Assembly (NCBI GenBank): GCA_018648825.1 | Contig: JABGQL010000073.1 | Span: forward strand, 2,118 to 53,164 | Source of the DNA: Gammaproteobacteria bacterium | GTDB lineage: Bacteria > Pseudomonadota > Gammaproteobacteria > GCF-002020875 | Direction of reading: 5' to 3' | DNA length: 51,047 nucleotides | Shown: positions 1 to 9,318 of the stretch, piece after piece | How the letters are laid out: each line of letters starts with the position of its first letter | Position numbering within the stretch: position 1 is the first letter of the stretch | Made by a program: the position numbers and the translations under genes | Notes under the pieces: model-generated | Database searches by the model: none | What the model saw: the letters and a program-made list of their open reading frames with translations, nothing else | Told to the model about the DNA's origin: nothing

Positions 1-1383
1 GTCGGTGATGGGGTACTGTTGCAGAATACAGTCTGCCACGGTGCGACCCTGACTGATGCGATCACGCACTGAGACTCCGCCCAGATAGTTGGCGCAGAGG
101 TGTAGCCCGGGGTGGGCCGCAAGGTGCTGCTGCAGCTGCCTCATACGGGCGGCGTAGGGGCCATGGTAGAGCGGTAGTGCCTGTTGGTGGCGGTGTAGTT
201 GAACCATCTCAGGATCACCGTGAATGCCTAGAATAGGGGAGAGTGCGTGCAGGCTCTGCTCAATAATCTGCGGGTTGTCCCAGTCACGTACCTCAGGGTG
301 GCGTGCGCCGCCGAGATAGCTGGTGAGCAGCGTGCTCCCCTCTGGTGCGCGCCCACGGAACAGGCTGCTCATCCATAGGTTGCCATTGAATGGGGTCTGT
401 TCACTACGTGGGGTGAGGAATCCGGTGCCATCCAGAGGGTGGTGGATCTGGCTGCGTTGGAAGCCGGTGTGGAGTACAGCCAATGAGGCGTACTCAATCT
501 GTTGCAGTAGCTGGCTGGCCTCTGTGTCAATCGGCTTGAGTAGTGCTGCGGTGGCTGGGGCTGGGGTGCTGAAGATCACTTGATCTACATGACGCTGGAT
601 CTCTTGACCCGTTGTGAGGTTGGTCCCAGACACTTGCCAGCGCTCACCCGCCAAAGGTTCTACGCTGTTGGCCTGATGTGCCCGCAGAAAGGTAATCCCA
701 GGCTGTTGAGCAAGCTGCTCCACCAGTGTGGACATGCCGCCATCAAAAGAGAAGGTCTCCGTGACACAAGCACTCTTCTTACGCAAAATCTTGTGGGCGA
801 TGGCCCCTAGGGTGAGACTGCCAAACTTCTGCTCTAGTGCGGTCAGTCGTCCCAGAGTGGCGCTTGCGTTGGCTAGGTCTGGGTCAGAGGCAAGGGTCCC
901 GGAGACAAAGGGGTCCATCGCCTTGTCCAACAGTTCGCGACCAAAACGACGGGTGATAAAGTCGCTAACGGTCTCATTGTCACTGCCGCCACGGGGGATA
1001 AACGGCTCCATCATCATCCGCAACTTACCCTGTAGGCTCCAGTTATTGGAGAGGATGAAGTTGCTAATGCCCATGGTGAGGGCGTTTAGTTGTCCTCCGT
1101 TTAGCAGATAACGGTTCTGCTCCGCCAGCGGGGTGCGGCTGCACTTGTGTGGCTCCAGCCCACTGCGCTCTACAAATTCGGCCACCTCGGGACGGAAGTT
1201 GAGCAGTAGTGCGGCGGCCTGTTCCATCTGATAGCCCTGCTGTTGTGAGGTCTCGATCTTTCCGCCAGGACGGTTGTCTCGCTCCCACACCTCAACGGGA
1301 ATGCCAGACTGACTCAGCCACCATGCGGTGGAGAGGCCAGAGATGCCACCACCCATTACCAGCACCTTAGGGGGGCGGTTCAT
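1..1383 (-). CDS. hemY: HemY-type flavin-dependent protoporphyrinogen/coproporphyrinogen oxidase (3' end runs off the window; absent from ORF track)
   Basis: Manual translation from ATG at 1383: MNRPPKVLVMGGGISGLSTAWWL (FAD-binding GxGxxG), then E..RPGGKI, ETVSDFITRRFG, TFSFDGGMSTLVEQL, GFLTP, LLTSYLGG, ALPLY and NYLGGVSVRDRI. Frame is open to position 1; start overlaps the upstream stop (TGATG). Confidence 0.88.
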   Translation of the reverse strand, partial: MNRPPKVLVMGGGISGLSTAWWLSQSGIPVEVWERDNRPGGKIETSQQQGYQMEQAAALLLNFRPEVAEFVERSGLEPHKCSRTPLAEQNRYLLNGGQLNALTMGISNFILSNNWSLQGKLRMMMEPFIPRGGSDNETVSDFITRRFGRELLDKAMDPFVSGTLASDPDLANASATLGRLTALEQKFGSLTLGAIAHKILRKKSACVTETFSFDGGMSTLVEQLAQQPGITFLRAHQANSVEPLAGERWQVSGTNLTTGQEIQRHVDQVIFSTPAPATAALLKPIDTEASQLLQQIEYASLAVLHTGFQRSQIHHPLDGTGFLTPRSEQTPFNGNLWMSSLFRGRAPEGSTLLTSYLGGARHPEVRDWDNPQIIEQSLHALSPILGIHGDPEMVQLHRHQQALPLYHGPYAARMRQLQQHLAAHPGLHLCANYLGGVSVRDRISQGRTVADCILQQYPITD

Positions 1384-3407
1384 CAACTTTTGTTCCTGTT
1401 GGTGTGTGGCTTTTTCAGTTCGGCCCTCATCTGATCCAGCAGTTCTCGGTCCAGAACACCGAGTCCTTCGCCCTCTTCCCCTTGATGCTGCTCTACATGG
1501 CTGCGGATTTCGCTGAAGCGTTTCTCCGCCTGTGGGTTATCTTTGAGGCGGGGCACCTTCTGTTTGGCAACCTCATAGGCATCGAAATTCAGCTCATCCA
1601 TACCAAATCCGCGTAGGCGGCGTACCGCTTTCATCATTGCGCGATTACGAAAGCGGGTGAGATCTTCTGAGGTGATGCGTGCCAGCCCTTCGCGGCGGGC
1701 ATTGAACTCAGCAGCCTTTTTGATGCCTGCGCGGTTAAACTCGGGGGAGCCCTCTACCCGCTGTAGGGCATCGGCATCCCACTCGACCCCTGCCAGTTGA
1801 GTATCGATGATGGATTGCATGTCCACCGCCTCAACGGTGATGGCACTGCGTCGTTTGGCCTCACGCTCTGCCGCTGACTCCAGCGTTGGTTTTACAAACA
1901 GCACCACCTGCGGTTGGCGCTCGGCGAGAAAGGCCTCCAGCAGCTGTTCGGCCTCTGTGGACCAGTTGAGCTTACGCCCAGACTCATCTTCATTCTCTAG
2001 ACGGTCGAGTAGCTGGATATTAACTTCCAGCCGCCCTTCGGTATGGGCGACATCCTCGGCTACCGCACGTACCCCTTCACGTAGAAAGTGGGGGGTATCC
2101 TCTAGGCGCTGTTGCGCCTCGGTAGTCCAGACAAGGTGAATCTCCTTAGCAGGGGGAGAGTGGGGGCGCTTGGGCATGTTAGAGCCAAAGCGTTTGCTGG
2201 ATAACTCGGTCAGCACTTCAGAGGTTACGGTTGTCTGCTTCTGTTCTGCGACATGCTTCTCTGCGCGCTTCTTCACCATCTTTCGCAGGAAGCCGGGTAC
2301 ACGGGTGAGGCGCTGTTGCGCCTCGGGGGTCCAGTGAATCTCTCCCTGTGGGGTATCAGCCAGTGGTTGGATGACGGCATTGCCTTGGGGATGGTAAGAG
2401 CACCAAGGGTCGGTATCCATCAAATCATCACCCAATGCCTTGGGGCGGGCGCGACAGCCACCACAAAGAATTTGGTATTCACACTGCCCGCACTTTCCCC
2501 CCAGTGTGGGGTTGCGCAGCTGCTCAAAGGTGGGGGCGTGGTCCCAAATCTCAAGGAATGGCTGCTGACGAATGCTCCCCTCCTCATCAGGGATATAGGG
2601 GCAGGCGGTGACCGCTCCTTCTGGGGTGATACGGCAGTAGTGGGTACCTGCAATGCAACCGCCCCCCTCATACCCCTCTGCACGGGTAACAGAGCTGTTG
2701 GGATCATTCTGATAGGCGATGCGTTTGTAATGAGGCGCACAGCGGGCGCGGATCATCAGCTCAGGGTGCTTCTGTTGCGCTTCGATAATCCGTGTCAGTG
2801 CGATTTCATACTGCTCTGGGGTAATGTCTGACATCTTCTCACCGCGTCCGGTGCAGATCAGGAAGAAGATGTTGAGTAGGTGAGCACCAACCGATAGGGT
2901 GAAGTCGATCATCCCCTCCAGCTCAGCGGCATTGCCTTTGGTGATGGAAAAATGTACCTGAAATGGCAGCTCATGTTTACGGCAGGCATCCATCCCTGCC
3001 AGTGTCTTCTCCCAGCTGCCGGAGCAGCCCCGGAACTGGTCATGAATAGTGGGGTCAAGAGAGTCCACGCTGATACCGGCCCCCATCGCTCCGGCGGCCT
3101 TCAGTGATAGCACGCGCTTTTCGGTCAGCAGTACACCGTTGGTACCGATGACAATGGAGAGCCCCCGTTGTGTGCCGTGCTGCACCAGCTGCTCCAGATC
3201 TTTGCGGATCAGTGGCTCACCTCCGGTTAGCACCACCATGGTGTCTGTGCTACGCCCAGCCACCTCATCCAGTAGCTGCTTTACCTCTTGTGTGGTGAGC
3301 TCGTCCTCTGTGCCGTGCTGTAGGGTTTCAGCGTCGAGATAACAGTGGCTGCAGTTGAGGTTGCAGCGACGGGTTAGGTTGATGGCAAGAAGGAAGAGAT
3401 CGTTCAT
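1383..3407 (-). CDS. Radical SAM/SPASM protein of the AhbD/NirJ heme-biosynthesis group fused to four C-terminal PCP_red-like repeats
   Basis: CNLNCSHC radical SAM motif, LTGGEP, RARCAPHYKRI, SPASM cysteines (GCIAG..ACPY..CGQCEYQILCGGCRAR..DPWC). Repeats start WTPEAQQRL, WTTEAQQRL, WSTEAEQLL, WDADALQRV. Confidence 0.85.
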   Translation of the reverse strand: MNDLFLLAINLTRRCNLNCSHCYLDAETLQHGTEDELTTQEVKQLLDEVAGRSTDTMVVLTGGEPLIRKDLEQLVQHGTQRGLSIVIGTNGVLLTEKRVLSLKAAGAMGAGISVDSLDPTIHDQFRGCSGSWEKTLAGMDACRKHELPFQVHFSITKGNAAELEGMIDFTLSVGAHLLNIFFLICTGRGEKMSDITPEQYEIALTRIIEAQQKHPELMIRARCAPHYKRIAYQNDPNSSVTRAEGYEGGGCIAGTHYCRITPEGAVTACPYIPDEEGSIRQQPFLEIWDHAPTFEQLRNPTLGGKCGQCEYQILCGGCRARPKALGDDLMDTDPWCSYHPQGNAVIQPLADTPQGEIHWTPEAQQRLTRVPGFLRKMVKKRAEKHVAEQKQTTVTSEVLTELSSKRFGSNMPKRPHSPPAKEIHLVWTTEAQQRLEDTPHFLREGVRAVAEDVAHTEGRLEVNIQLLDRLENEDESGRKLNWSTEAEQLLEAFLAERQPQVVLFVKPTLESAAEREAKRRSAITVEAVDMQSIIDTQLAGVEWDADALQRVEGSPEFNRAGIKKAAEFNARREGLARITSEDLTRFRNRAMMKAVRRLRGFGMDELNFDAYEVAKQKVPRLKDNPQAEKRFSEIRSHVEQHQGEEGEGLGVLDRELLDQMRAELKKPHTNRNKS

Positions 3408-3416
3408 GGCTGTGGT

Positions 3417-5621
3417 TTACTTGTACTGATCAGGATTAGATTCCGAATGAAATCCACTGCCCATCTCCCACGCCTTACTAGACTTGTCCACTGCAGCATG
3501 AGTGACCTGCTCCAGTCCCAGCTCACGTGCACAGCGCTCTACCTCTAGCACCACCATCCCTTTGACAAAGTCGGGGATCTTCTCCATCCGTGCCTTGGCC
3601 TCTGGCTCCCACTCCATCTGTGACTCTTTCTGGCTGGAACCAGCTGCCCAGTCACTGTATTTCTCTTCAACCAGTGCCTCTGTGATCTCCGTGGTTCCCT
3701 GCTTCTTTGCAAACTGCTCTACCCGTTGGCGGGTTAGGTTGCGCATAAATCCTTCGGGGATGCGTTCCATTCGTGCCTCGGCATCTGCGCTCCACTGAAG
3801 TGTGCTCTTCTGTTGTGCTGCTTTCTCTTTACCCGCTTGGGCTAGGTTGGCGAAGGGACAGAGGCTTGCCTTCTTCTCTTCTGGTTCTGAGGTAAATTCT
3901 GGGGCTGCTGCTTCCGCTTTCATTGCAACCTCCATCGCCTTGCGTGCCTGCTCCAATCCCGATTCAGCCACCTCTAGAGTGACTTCATGGTGGCCGTGCT
4001 CTCGTGCATACGACTCAATACGCTGCTTGCTGGAGTCTCGCATAAACCCTTCAGGAACCCGTGTCAGGCGTGCCAGTGCAGCAGCCCCCCAGCTCAGCTC
4101 ACTCTGCTGATCATTGGCTGGACTAATGCTGGGGGAATCAATAAAGGGCTGAATATGAGAAAGGGTTACACGGTTAGAGCGCTCCCCGCGAGCCCGTTTC
4201 TCTGCACGCATACTCAAGTTACCGCGCAGAGCGAGGTCTTCAACGCCCATCAACAGCTGTGTCGCATCCCTATCCCAGCGCATTACTGCTTCGGTGACCC
4301 GTTTGGCATCTTCTTCGGGGGTACGTTTCAGCTCTCCCGCCTCATAGGCATCGACAATCTCACCCATCGCCTCTTCGGCGTGGCCGGGCATCAACTGCGC
4401 TGTCGCCTCTTCTACAATACGCTCGGTGATCACGGTGTGGCCGCGCTCTTGTGCATAACGCAAGATCGCCATCTTCGCCATGTTGCGAACAAAGGAGGGG
4501 ACCCGCTCCATGCGCTGTTCGGCTTCATGGGTCCAAGAGGTGGTGCTCTCTGCCACCACGTCAATACGGGGCTGGTGGGTGCGTTGGCTCAATAGTACGG
4601 CACACTCTACATTACGCAGTAGTAGCTCACTGTTACCGCCGATATCCAACTCATCATCGGCGTGGATGCCGAGCTTGCCAATCACCAACAGGGAGGGTCG
4701 TGCATTAGCAACATAGCGCTCCACCGCATCATGCGCCTTGCCGTCGAGTAGTTTGCTCTCAATTTCGACACCATACTCCTTGGCTATGGACTCGGCCACA
4801 TCCAGATGTCCTTGGTAGATCTTTGCCAGTCCAGAGTCGATAATCTCTTCGTGGAGCTTCTCCTGCTCTTTGAACTTGAATACCTTGCCCGCCTCTTCAG
4901 AGAGTACTCCTGCAATGCGGTTGAAGGCGACGTAGTGGTAGTAGGGGTCAAAGGCGGAGATCACCTCAACCTTACAGTCCCACTGCTGTGCTAGGGAGAA
5001 TGCGCTGAGTAGGCCGCCATAGGCCCGCTCAGATCCGTCGATTGCGACCACAATGGGGCCTCGGTTGAGCGGTTTCTCTGGCTCTTTGATCACCAGTAGA
5101 TCAATATCGGTACGACGTGCCACGCGGTCGGTAACGGTGCCGAGGCGGCTACCCCGTATCGCCCCCAATCCCAGTGCGCCCATCACCAGTAGATCGTATT
5201 TCCCGCTATTGGTCTCTCGGGTCAGCTCTCGGTAGTTCTTACCCTCTAGGCTGCGGCGCTGGAAGGGGATCTCATTCTCATCGGCGATGCGTTCTGCCTG
5301 ATCGAGATAAGAGTCGGTGATGATCGATAACCCCTTGGTGATGAGGTCATCATGTACGTCACGCTGCCGCTCCAGCTCCTGCTCTTCACGGAACTGCTCT
5401 GGCAGCCCCCCCTCCATTTGGCGGAAGCGGATATCATGCAACTTGGCGGCGTAGACGTGAGTTCCGCTGACCGTAGCAGCATAGTGGGCAGCGATACGAA
5501 ATGCTTCGGTGGTGCCACGGTTGGCATGGTCCGAGGAGTCTACTGCAAGAAGAATGTTCTGGTAGACGGGTAGGGGAGCAGGTTGATCTGCCTCTATGCG
5601 TACGACGTTCTCTTTCTGCAT
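3417..5621 (-). CDS. Tandem universal stress protein (two USP domains) fused to five PCP_red-like repeats
   Basis: ILLAVDSS..DLLVMGALGLG..LGTVTDRVAR and IVVAIDGS..LLVIGKLG..IGGNSELLLR. Repeats start WTHEAEQRM, WDRDATQLL, WGAAALARL, WSADAEARM, WEPEAKARM. Confidence 0.85.
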   Translation of the reverse strand: MQKENVVRIEADQPAPLPVYQNILLAVDSSDHANRGTTEAFRIAAHYAATVSGTHVYAAKLHDIRFRQMEGGLPEQFREEQELERQRDVHDDLITKGLSIITDSYLDQAERIADENEIPFQRRSLEGKNYRELTRETNSGKYDLLVMGALGLGAIRGSRLGTVTDRVARRTDIDLLVIKEPEKPLNRGPIVVAIDGSERAYGGLLSAFSLAQQWDCKVEVISAFDPYYHYVAFNRIAGVLSEEAGKVFKFKEQEKLHEEIIDSGLAKIYQGHLDVAESIAKEYGVEIESKLLDGKAHDAVERYVANARPSLLVIGKLGIHADDELDIGGNSELLLRNVECAVLLSQRTHQPRIDVVAESTTSWTHEAEQRMERVPSFVRNMAKMAILRYAQERGHTVITERIVEEATAQLMPGHAEEAMGEIVDAYEAGELKRTPEEDAKRVTEAVMRWDRDATQLLMGVEDLALRGNLSMRAEKRARGERSNRVTLSHIQPFIDSPSISPANDQQSELSWGAAALARLTRVPEGFMRDSSKQRIESYAREHGHHEVTLEVAESGLEQARKAMEVAMKAEAAAPEFTSEPEEKKASLCPFANLAQAGKEKAAQQKSTLQWSADAEARMERIPEGFMRNLTRQRVEQFAKKQGTTEITEALVEEKYSDWAAGSSQKESQMEWEPEAKARMEKIPDFVKGMVVLEVERCARELGLEQVTHAAVDKSSKAWEMGSGFHSESNPDQYK

Positions 5622-5689
5622 GGTGTTGGGGTTCTATATAGAAGTATGTAAATGCGTAGTATTGGTATGGTTTTCTCTTTCCCTGAAAC

Positions 5690-5718
5690 AACCATCCCCC
5701 GAATTTCGGGGGATGGTT
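5690..5718. terminator. Strong intergenic hairpin (partial terminator or mRNA-stabilising stem)
   Basis: AACCATCCCCCGA-att-TCGGGGGATGGTT, perfect 13-bp stem; only a weak U-tract on the minus strand. Confidence 0.6.
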
Positions 5719-5748
5719 CAGTTTAAGTGGAAAGAGGTTTCATCGAGG

Positions 5749-5862
5749 CTAGTTCAGCAGAAACCAGCTCACAATAGAGACAACCACCACCATATTGATG
5801 GCTCCCCCTGCAAGGATCATGTAGTCAAACAGGGTGAATTTTTCCGGGAGCCAGTTCATCAT
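5749..5862 (-). CDS. Small single-pass membrane protein, 37 aa (below ORF-track cutoff)
   Basis: MMNWLPEKFTLFDYMILAGGAINMVVVVSIVSWFLLN; starts 10 nt after the upstream stop, has an AAGGG RBS-like element and a hydrophobic helix, and is followed by the hairpin. Confidence 0.6.
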   Translation of the reverse strand: MMNWLPEKFTLFDYMILAGGAINMVVVVSIVSWFLLN

Positions 5863-5872
5863 CTCAACACCC

Positions 5873-6643
5873 TTATTTCATTACGATGTTGACGGCAACG
5901 TTATCCCCACCCTTTACGGTGGCCTTGCCTTTTCCTGGCTTTAGGAAGCCATTAAAGGCACGTACTTTGTACTTGCCTGGAGGTACGTTATTGATGCTGT
6001 AGTTTCCATCTCCATCCACCATAGCGTAGTAGGGGTTTTTGGCAACAAAGACAAAGCCGTGCATAAAGTCATGGGCATCACACTCCACCTTCATCGCATC
6101 GCCCTTCTTCAGCTTGACCTTCTTGGCGACTTTGCTGCCTTGATCGGGCTGGCTGACGTTGGCGACGGTCTTCTTCGGTCCCTTCATGGTGCCAGTCAAC
6201 AGCTCATAGGTGTGGATGTTGTGCAGTACCGGATCAGAGTTGAGTGCGGTCAGCTTACCGCCATTCTGTAGTATGGAGAGGAAGGGGGTGAACTCACACC
6301 CCTGCTGATCGATGGTAGCCTCAGTTGGGGTTTCACCCCACGCTTTACCCTCTTTGACTTTGATTAGGTAGACCACGGTATTGAGCAGCGCCTTGCCATT
6401 GGTCTGCACATAGTCGACCACACGTTCGCCACTGCCGCAGACTTTGTTGTCTTTTTTGATGTTATAGACTTTATGAGCGGATTTTGGCGCCGCTTTCTTT
6501 AGAGTCACTGAGCCACTGATGGTGCCGCCGTTGGCCACATCGACCACTTTATAGCCCGCTTCAACAGCGAGTGGAGCAGCCAGTGTAGCGGTTGCGATTG
6601 CCGCAGCACTCAAGGTGCGACTGAGGTGTTGAATGGTTTTCAT
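5873..6643 (-). CDS. Exported protein with cupredoxin-like type-1 Cu motif and carboxypeptidase-regulatory-like beta-sandwich
   Basis: Sec signal ending VEA; DPVLHNIH ... ECDAHDFM (His...Cys-x2-His-x2-Met); C-terminal DGNYSINNVPPGKYKV; AGGAG RBS. Confidence 0.75.
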   Translation of the reverse strand: MKTIQHLSRTLSAAAIATATLAAPLAVEAGYKVVDVANGGTISGSVTLKKAAPKSAHKVYNIKKDNKVCGSGERVVDYVQTNGKALLNTVVYLIKVKEGKAWGETPTEATIDQQGCEFTPFLSILQNGGKLTALNSDPVLHNIHTYELLTGTMKGPKKTVANVSQPDQGSKVAKKVKLKKGDAMKVECDAHDFMHGFVFVAKNPYYAMVDGDGNYSINNVPPGKYKVRAFNGFLKPGKGKATVKGGDNVAVNIVMK

Positions 6644-6713
6644 CGTTTTTGTTCTCCTGAGAGGGCGTAAAGTTGAATGAATAGTAAATCAATAGTAATT
6701 GGCAAGAACAGAG

Positions 6714-9227
6714 TTATGCAGCGTGCCGAGAGAGTAGCCGCTGTTCTGGGGCCTGTAGATTTTCATTGGGCTGGTAGATCTCCTCCAGCATCTCGATCAC
6801 AAAGCGGCGTTCAGCACTGCTCTCCATGCTCTCCAGCAGTGGAATTAGGTGTTCACTGCTGACTTCGCTGTCGAGTAGTCGTAGTGCCTGCCCCATGTGG
6901 CGGGCCTGTTCTCCTGCGCCTGCAAAACCGGCATCGAGGATTTTCTGAATCATCGCTGGGCGTTTTTCTGGATCGGTAGAGCCGTGTTGAAGTAGTGTGG
7001 TCACCGCATCGGCAGCATATTTTCGTACTGAGGGCTGTGGATCAGTCAGTGCCTGACTGATCTCTTCCAGTATCTCATTATTGGTAATAGAGTGTGTCAC
7101 CATATGGCCTTCACTGTCAGCATCCAGAGTGCTGGTGGCGACTGAAGCCAGTGCGCGTATTGATTCCATGCGCACAATGGTGTCTTCATCTTCCAGAGTG
7201 TCACGCAGTGCGGGTAGTGCAGCACGGTTCTCCATCTGCCCCAGTGCGCGGATACAGGCCATACGAATATCAGGGTCACCAAAGATCGTTTGTGAGATCA
7301 AGGTGCCTTGCGCCTGTAGTAGTGCTGGATTGGCGGGGTTGTTACTGGCGGCCTCAGTCAATGCATCGGCAGCGAGCCTGCGAACCTCATGATCATCGTC
7401 ATGTAGCGCTTGGTTGAGCGCATCAATGGCAGCATCACTACCGTTACGTCCCAGCATGGTGGTGGCCATGCGGCGTACATCGGTATAGATATCAGCCTTC
7501 TTATAGCGGCGTTCGCGGCGCTGCTGCACCTCCTCATTCTGCTCTAGGATACCGAGGTACTCTTGAGCCTCTTCATCAAGGTCTAGAGTGCTCTCCTCTT
7601 CGGGTTCATCATCCATTAGCATCACCTCGACATTATCCATGGCGATGCTGTCGAGGGTGGAGAAGCTCTCTTTGGGTGTTTCGCTCACCACTGGAGAGGT
7701 GGGGAAGTCTGGCACTGGAATCTCTTTAGCAGGGGTCGCAGTTTCACTGTTGTCACGTGCACTACTGAACTGGACCTCCTGAGCGCCAGCGGGGGGTGCG
7801 TCTGCACCCTCTTCGGTTTCATTTGGCTCATCGCTGTCGGAACTTGTTTTTTCCTGCTTCTCGGCTTCTGTTAGCTCTATTTCGCAATGCAGGGCTGCGA
7901 GGATGACCTCAATCGGGCGCAGTGGCTTTGGCTCCTCTTCGCTGTTGTCATTGGATGCCTCACTCTCTGCACTCTCAGCGACATAACGCTCTTCACTGTC
8001 GAGCAGGGCACTCAGTGCGGCCAGGCGAACCGATTTTTCACCATCACTGAGGGTCTCTGTCAATGCAATGACTGTGGATGGACCGACCTGTTCCATCTTG
8101 CCCAGACTCAATGCTGCCTGACGGCGGATTGCAGGCTCCAGCTCCAGATTCTGAATGAGTTGAACCAACTTCTCCTCTCCATCACGGGTGTTGAGCTTCG
8201 AGAAGAGGCGGGTGGCAGCGGTAGAGGTCTCAATATCAGTATCGCCGATCAGGTTGATGACACGTTCAACTGCATCGTTGTTGTTGGCAATCTTCTCTAG
8301 TATTACATCGTTGTTAAGGTTAGCCAGTGTGTTGAGTGAAGTGGCACGTACCAGCGCACTCTTATCTTCTAACAGTCCAGTAAAGAGATCGACACTCTCT
8401 TGTGTGGGGCGCTCCATCTCACCCAGTGTAGTGGCGGCATGGGTGGCGGCACGTCGAACCTGATCACTGGGGTCTTTGATCAGTAGCATGATGGCAGGTA
8501 GATAGCGCTTGGCATCCTGTTTCTCTAACGCCTCAACCACATGGGTGCGTACATCGGCATGAGGGGATTGCAAGGCACGCCCTAGAATACGGATGGCATC
8601 TGCAGAGTGGGCGCTGCCGAGTGCAGTGGCAGCGCGACGCTGTTTGCGTGGATCGTCAGATTTGAGGATCTGCTCCAGTGCCTCAATGCTCTCTTTACTG
8701 TCAATCTCTGCGAGTGCACGCAGAATGTCAGACTCAATATCTTCACCCTCATCACTGTGTAGGGTCTTAACCAGATTGGGGACAGCGGCTGTGGCCTTGA
8801 GTTGCCCCAGCGACTTAACTGCAGCGAGCTGAACATCCCACCATAGGTCCCAACCATCTTCGATCACATCGATACCTTCGTCTCGATTCTCCAGTACCCG
8901 AATCAGTCCAGGTACGGCATTTAGGTCACCAAGCTCTCCCAAGGCGCGTGCAATGGCGGTTTTTATCTCCCCATCGGGGTCCTTCTCAAGCGACTCCAAT
9001 AGTGAGTCAGTAACCTTATCGCCCCCCAGCTTCCCCAGTGTGGCAGCGGCATCGACACAGACATCAATATCCTTGTCTCGCAGATAAGGGAGTAGTTTGC
9101 TAGAGAGTAGGGTATTTTCTGTCTGATCGGCCAATTTCCCCAGTGCTTGTGAGACATAGCAGCGGTCAGCTTCATCGCCAGTCTCTAGCAGGTGGGTCAG
9201 TGCGTTCAGGGTTTGGGTTCGACTCAT
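6714..9227 (-). CDS. HEAT-repeat (PBS-lyase-like) protein with acidic central linker
   Basis: Many L-x-D-x-D-x-x-V-R-x-x-A-x-x-A-L repeats; D/E-rich low-complexity middle region. Confidence 0.85.
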   Translation of the reverse strand: MSRTQTLNALTHLLETGDEADRCYVSQALGKLADQTENTLLSSKLLPYLRDKDIDVCVDAAATLGKLGGDKVTDSLLESLEKDPDGEIKTAIARALGELGDLNAVPGLIRVLENRDEGIDVIEDGWDLWWDVQLAAVKSLGQLKATAAVPNLVKTLHSDEGEDIESDILRALAEIDSKESIEALEQILKSDDPRKQRRAATALGSAHSADAIRILGRALQSPHADVRTHVVEALEKQDAKRYLPAIMLLIKDPSDQVRRAATHAATTLGEMERPTQESVDLFTGLLEDKSALVRATSLNTLANLNNDVILEKIANNNDAVERVINLIGDTDIETSTAATRLFSKLNTRDGEEKLVQLIQNLELEPAIRRQAALSLGKMEQVGPSTVIALTETLSDGEKSVRLAALSALLDSEERYVAESAESEASNDNSEEEPKPLRPIEVILAALHCEIELTEAEKQEKTSSDSDEPNETEEGADAPPAGAQEVQFSSARDNSETATPAKEIPVPDFPTSPVVSETPKESFSTLDSIAMDNVEVMLMDDEPEEESTLDLDEEAQEYLGILEQNEEVQQRRERRYKKADIYTDVRRMATTMLGRNGSDAAIDALNQALHDDDHEVRRLAADALTEAASNNPANPALLQAQGTLISQTIFGDPDIRMACIRALGQMENRAALPALRDTLEDEDTIVRMESIRALASVATSTLDADSEGHMVTHSITNNEILEEISQALTDPQPSVRKYAADAVTTLLQHGSTDPEKRPAMIQKILDAGFAGAGEQARHMGQALRLLDSEVSSEHLIPLLESMESSAERRFVIEMLEEIYQPNENLQAPEQRLLSRHAA

Positions 9228-9296
9228 AAGGTTTGGTCTGCTCTGTGAATATTGAGTTTCAAGGGAGGGGTTCCCCAGTTCTATAGCGGGGCAGTA

Positions 9297-9312
9297 TGCA
9301 GAAGGTGTGCCA
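9297..9312 (-). promoter_or_regulatory. Sigma-54 (-24/-12) promoter of the leftward HEAT/heme operon
   Basis: Minus strand TGGCACACCTTCTGCA: GG-N10-GC with full TGGCAC, about 70 bp upstream of the ATG at 9227. Confidence 0.8.
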
Positions 9313-9318
9313 TGTATG

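Noticed and set aside
323-1288. Short ORFs listed in the track over the first 1.3 kb
   Set aside because: Shadows of the minus-strand hemY frame, which the track missed because its stop lies outside the window.
1383-5621. Photosynthesis (BchB/ChlB) genes suggested by the PCP_red repeats
   Set aside because: No nitrogenase-like catalytic domain or other bch/chl genes; only the small C-terminal module is present.
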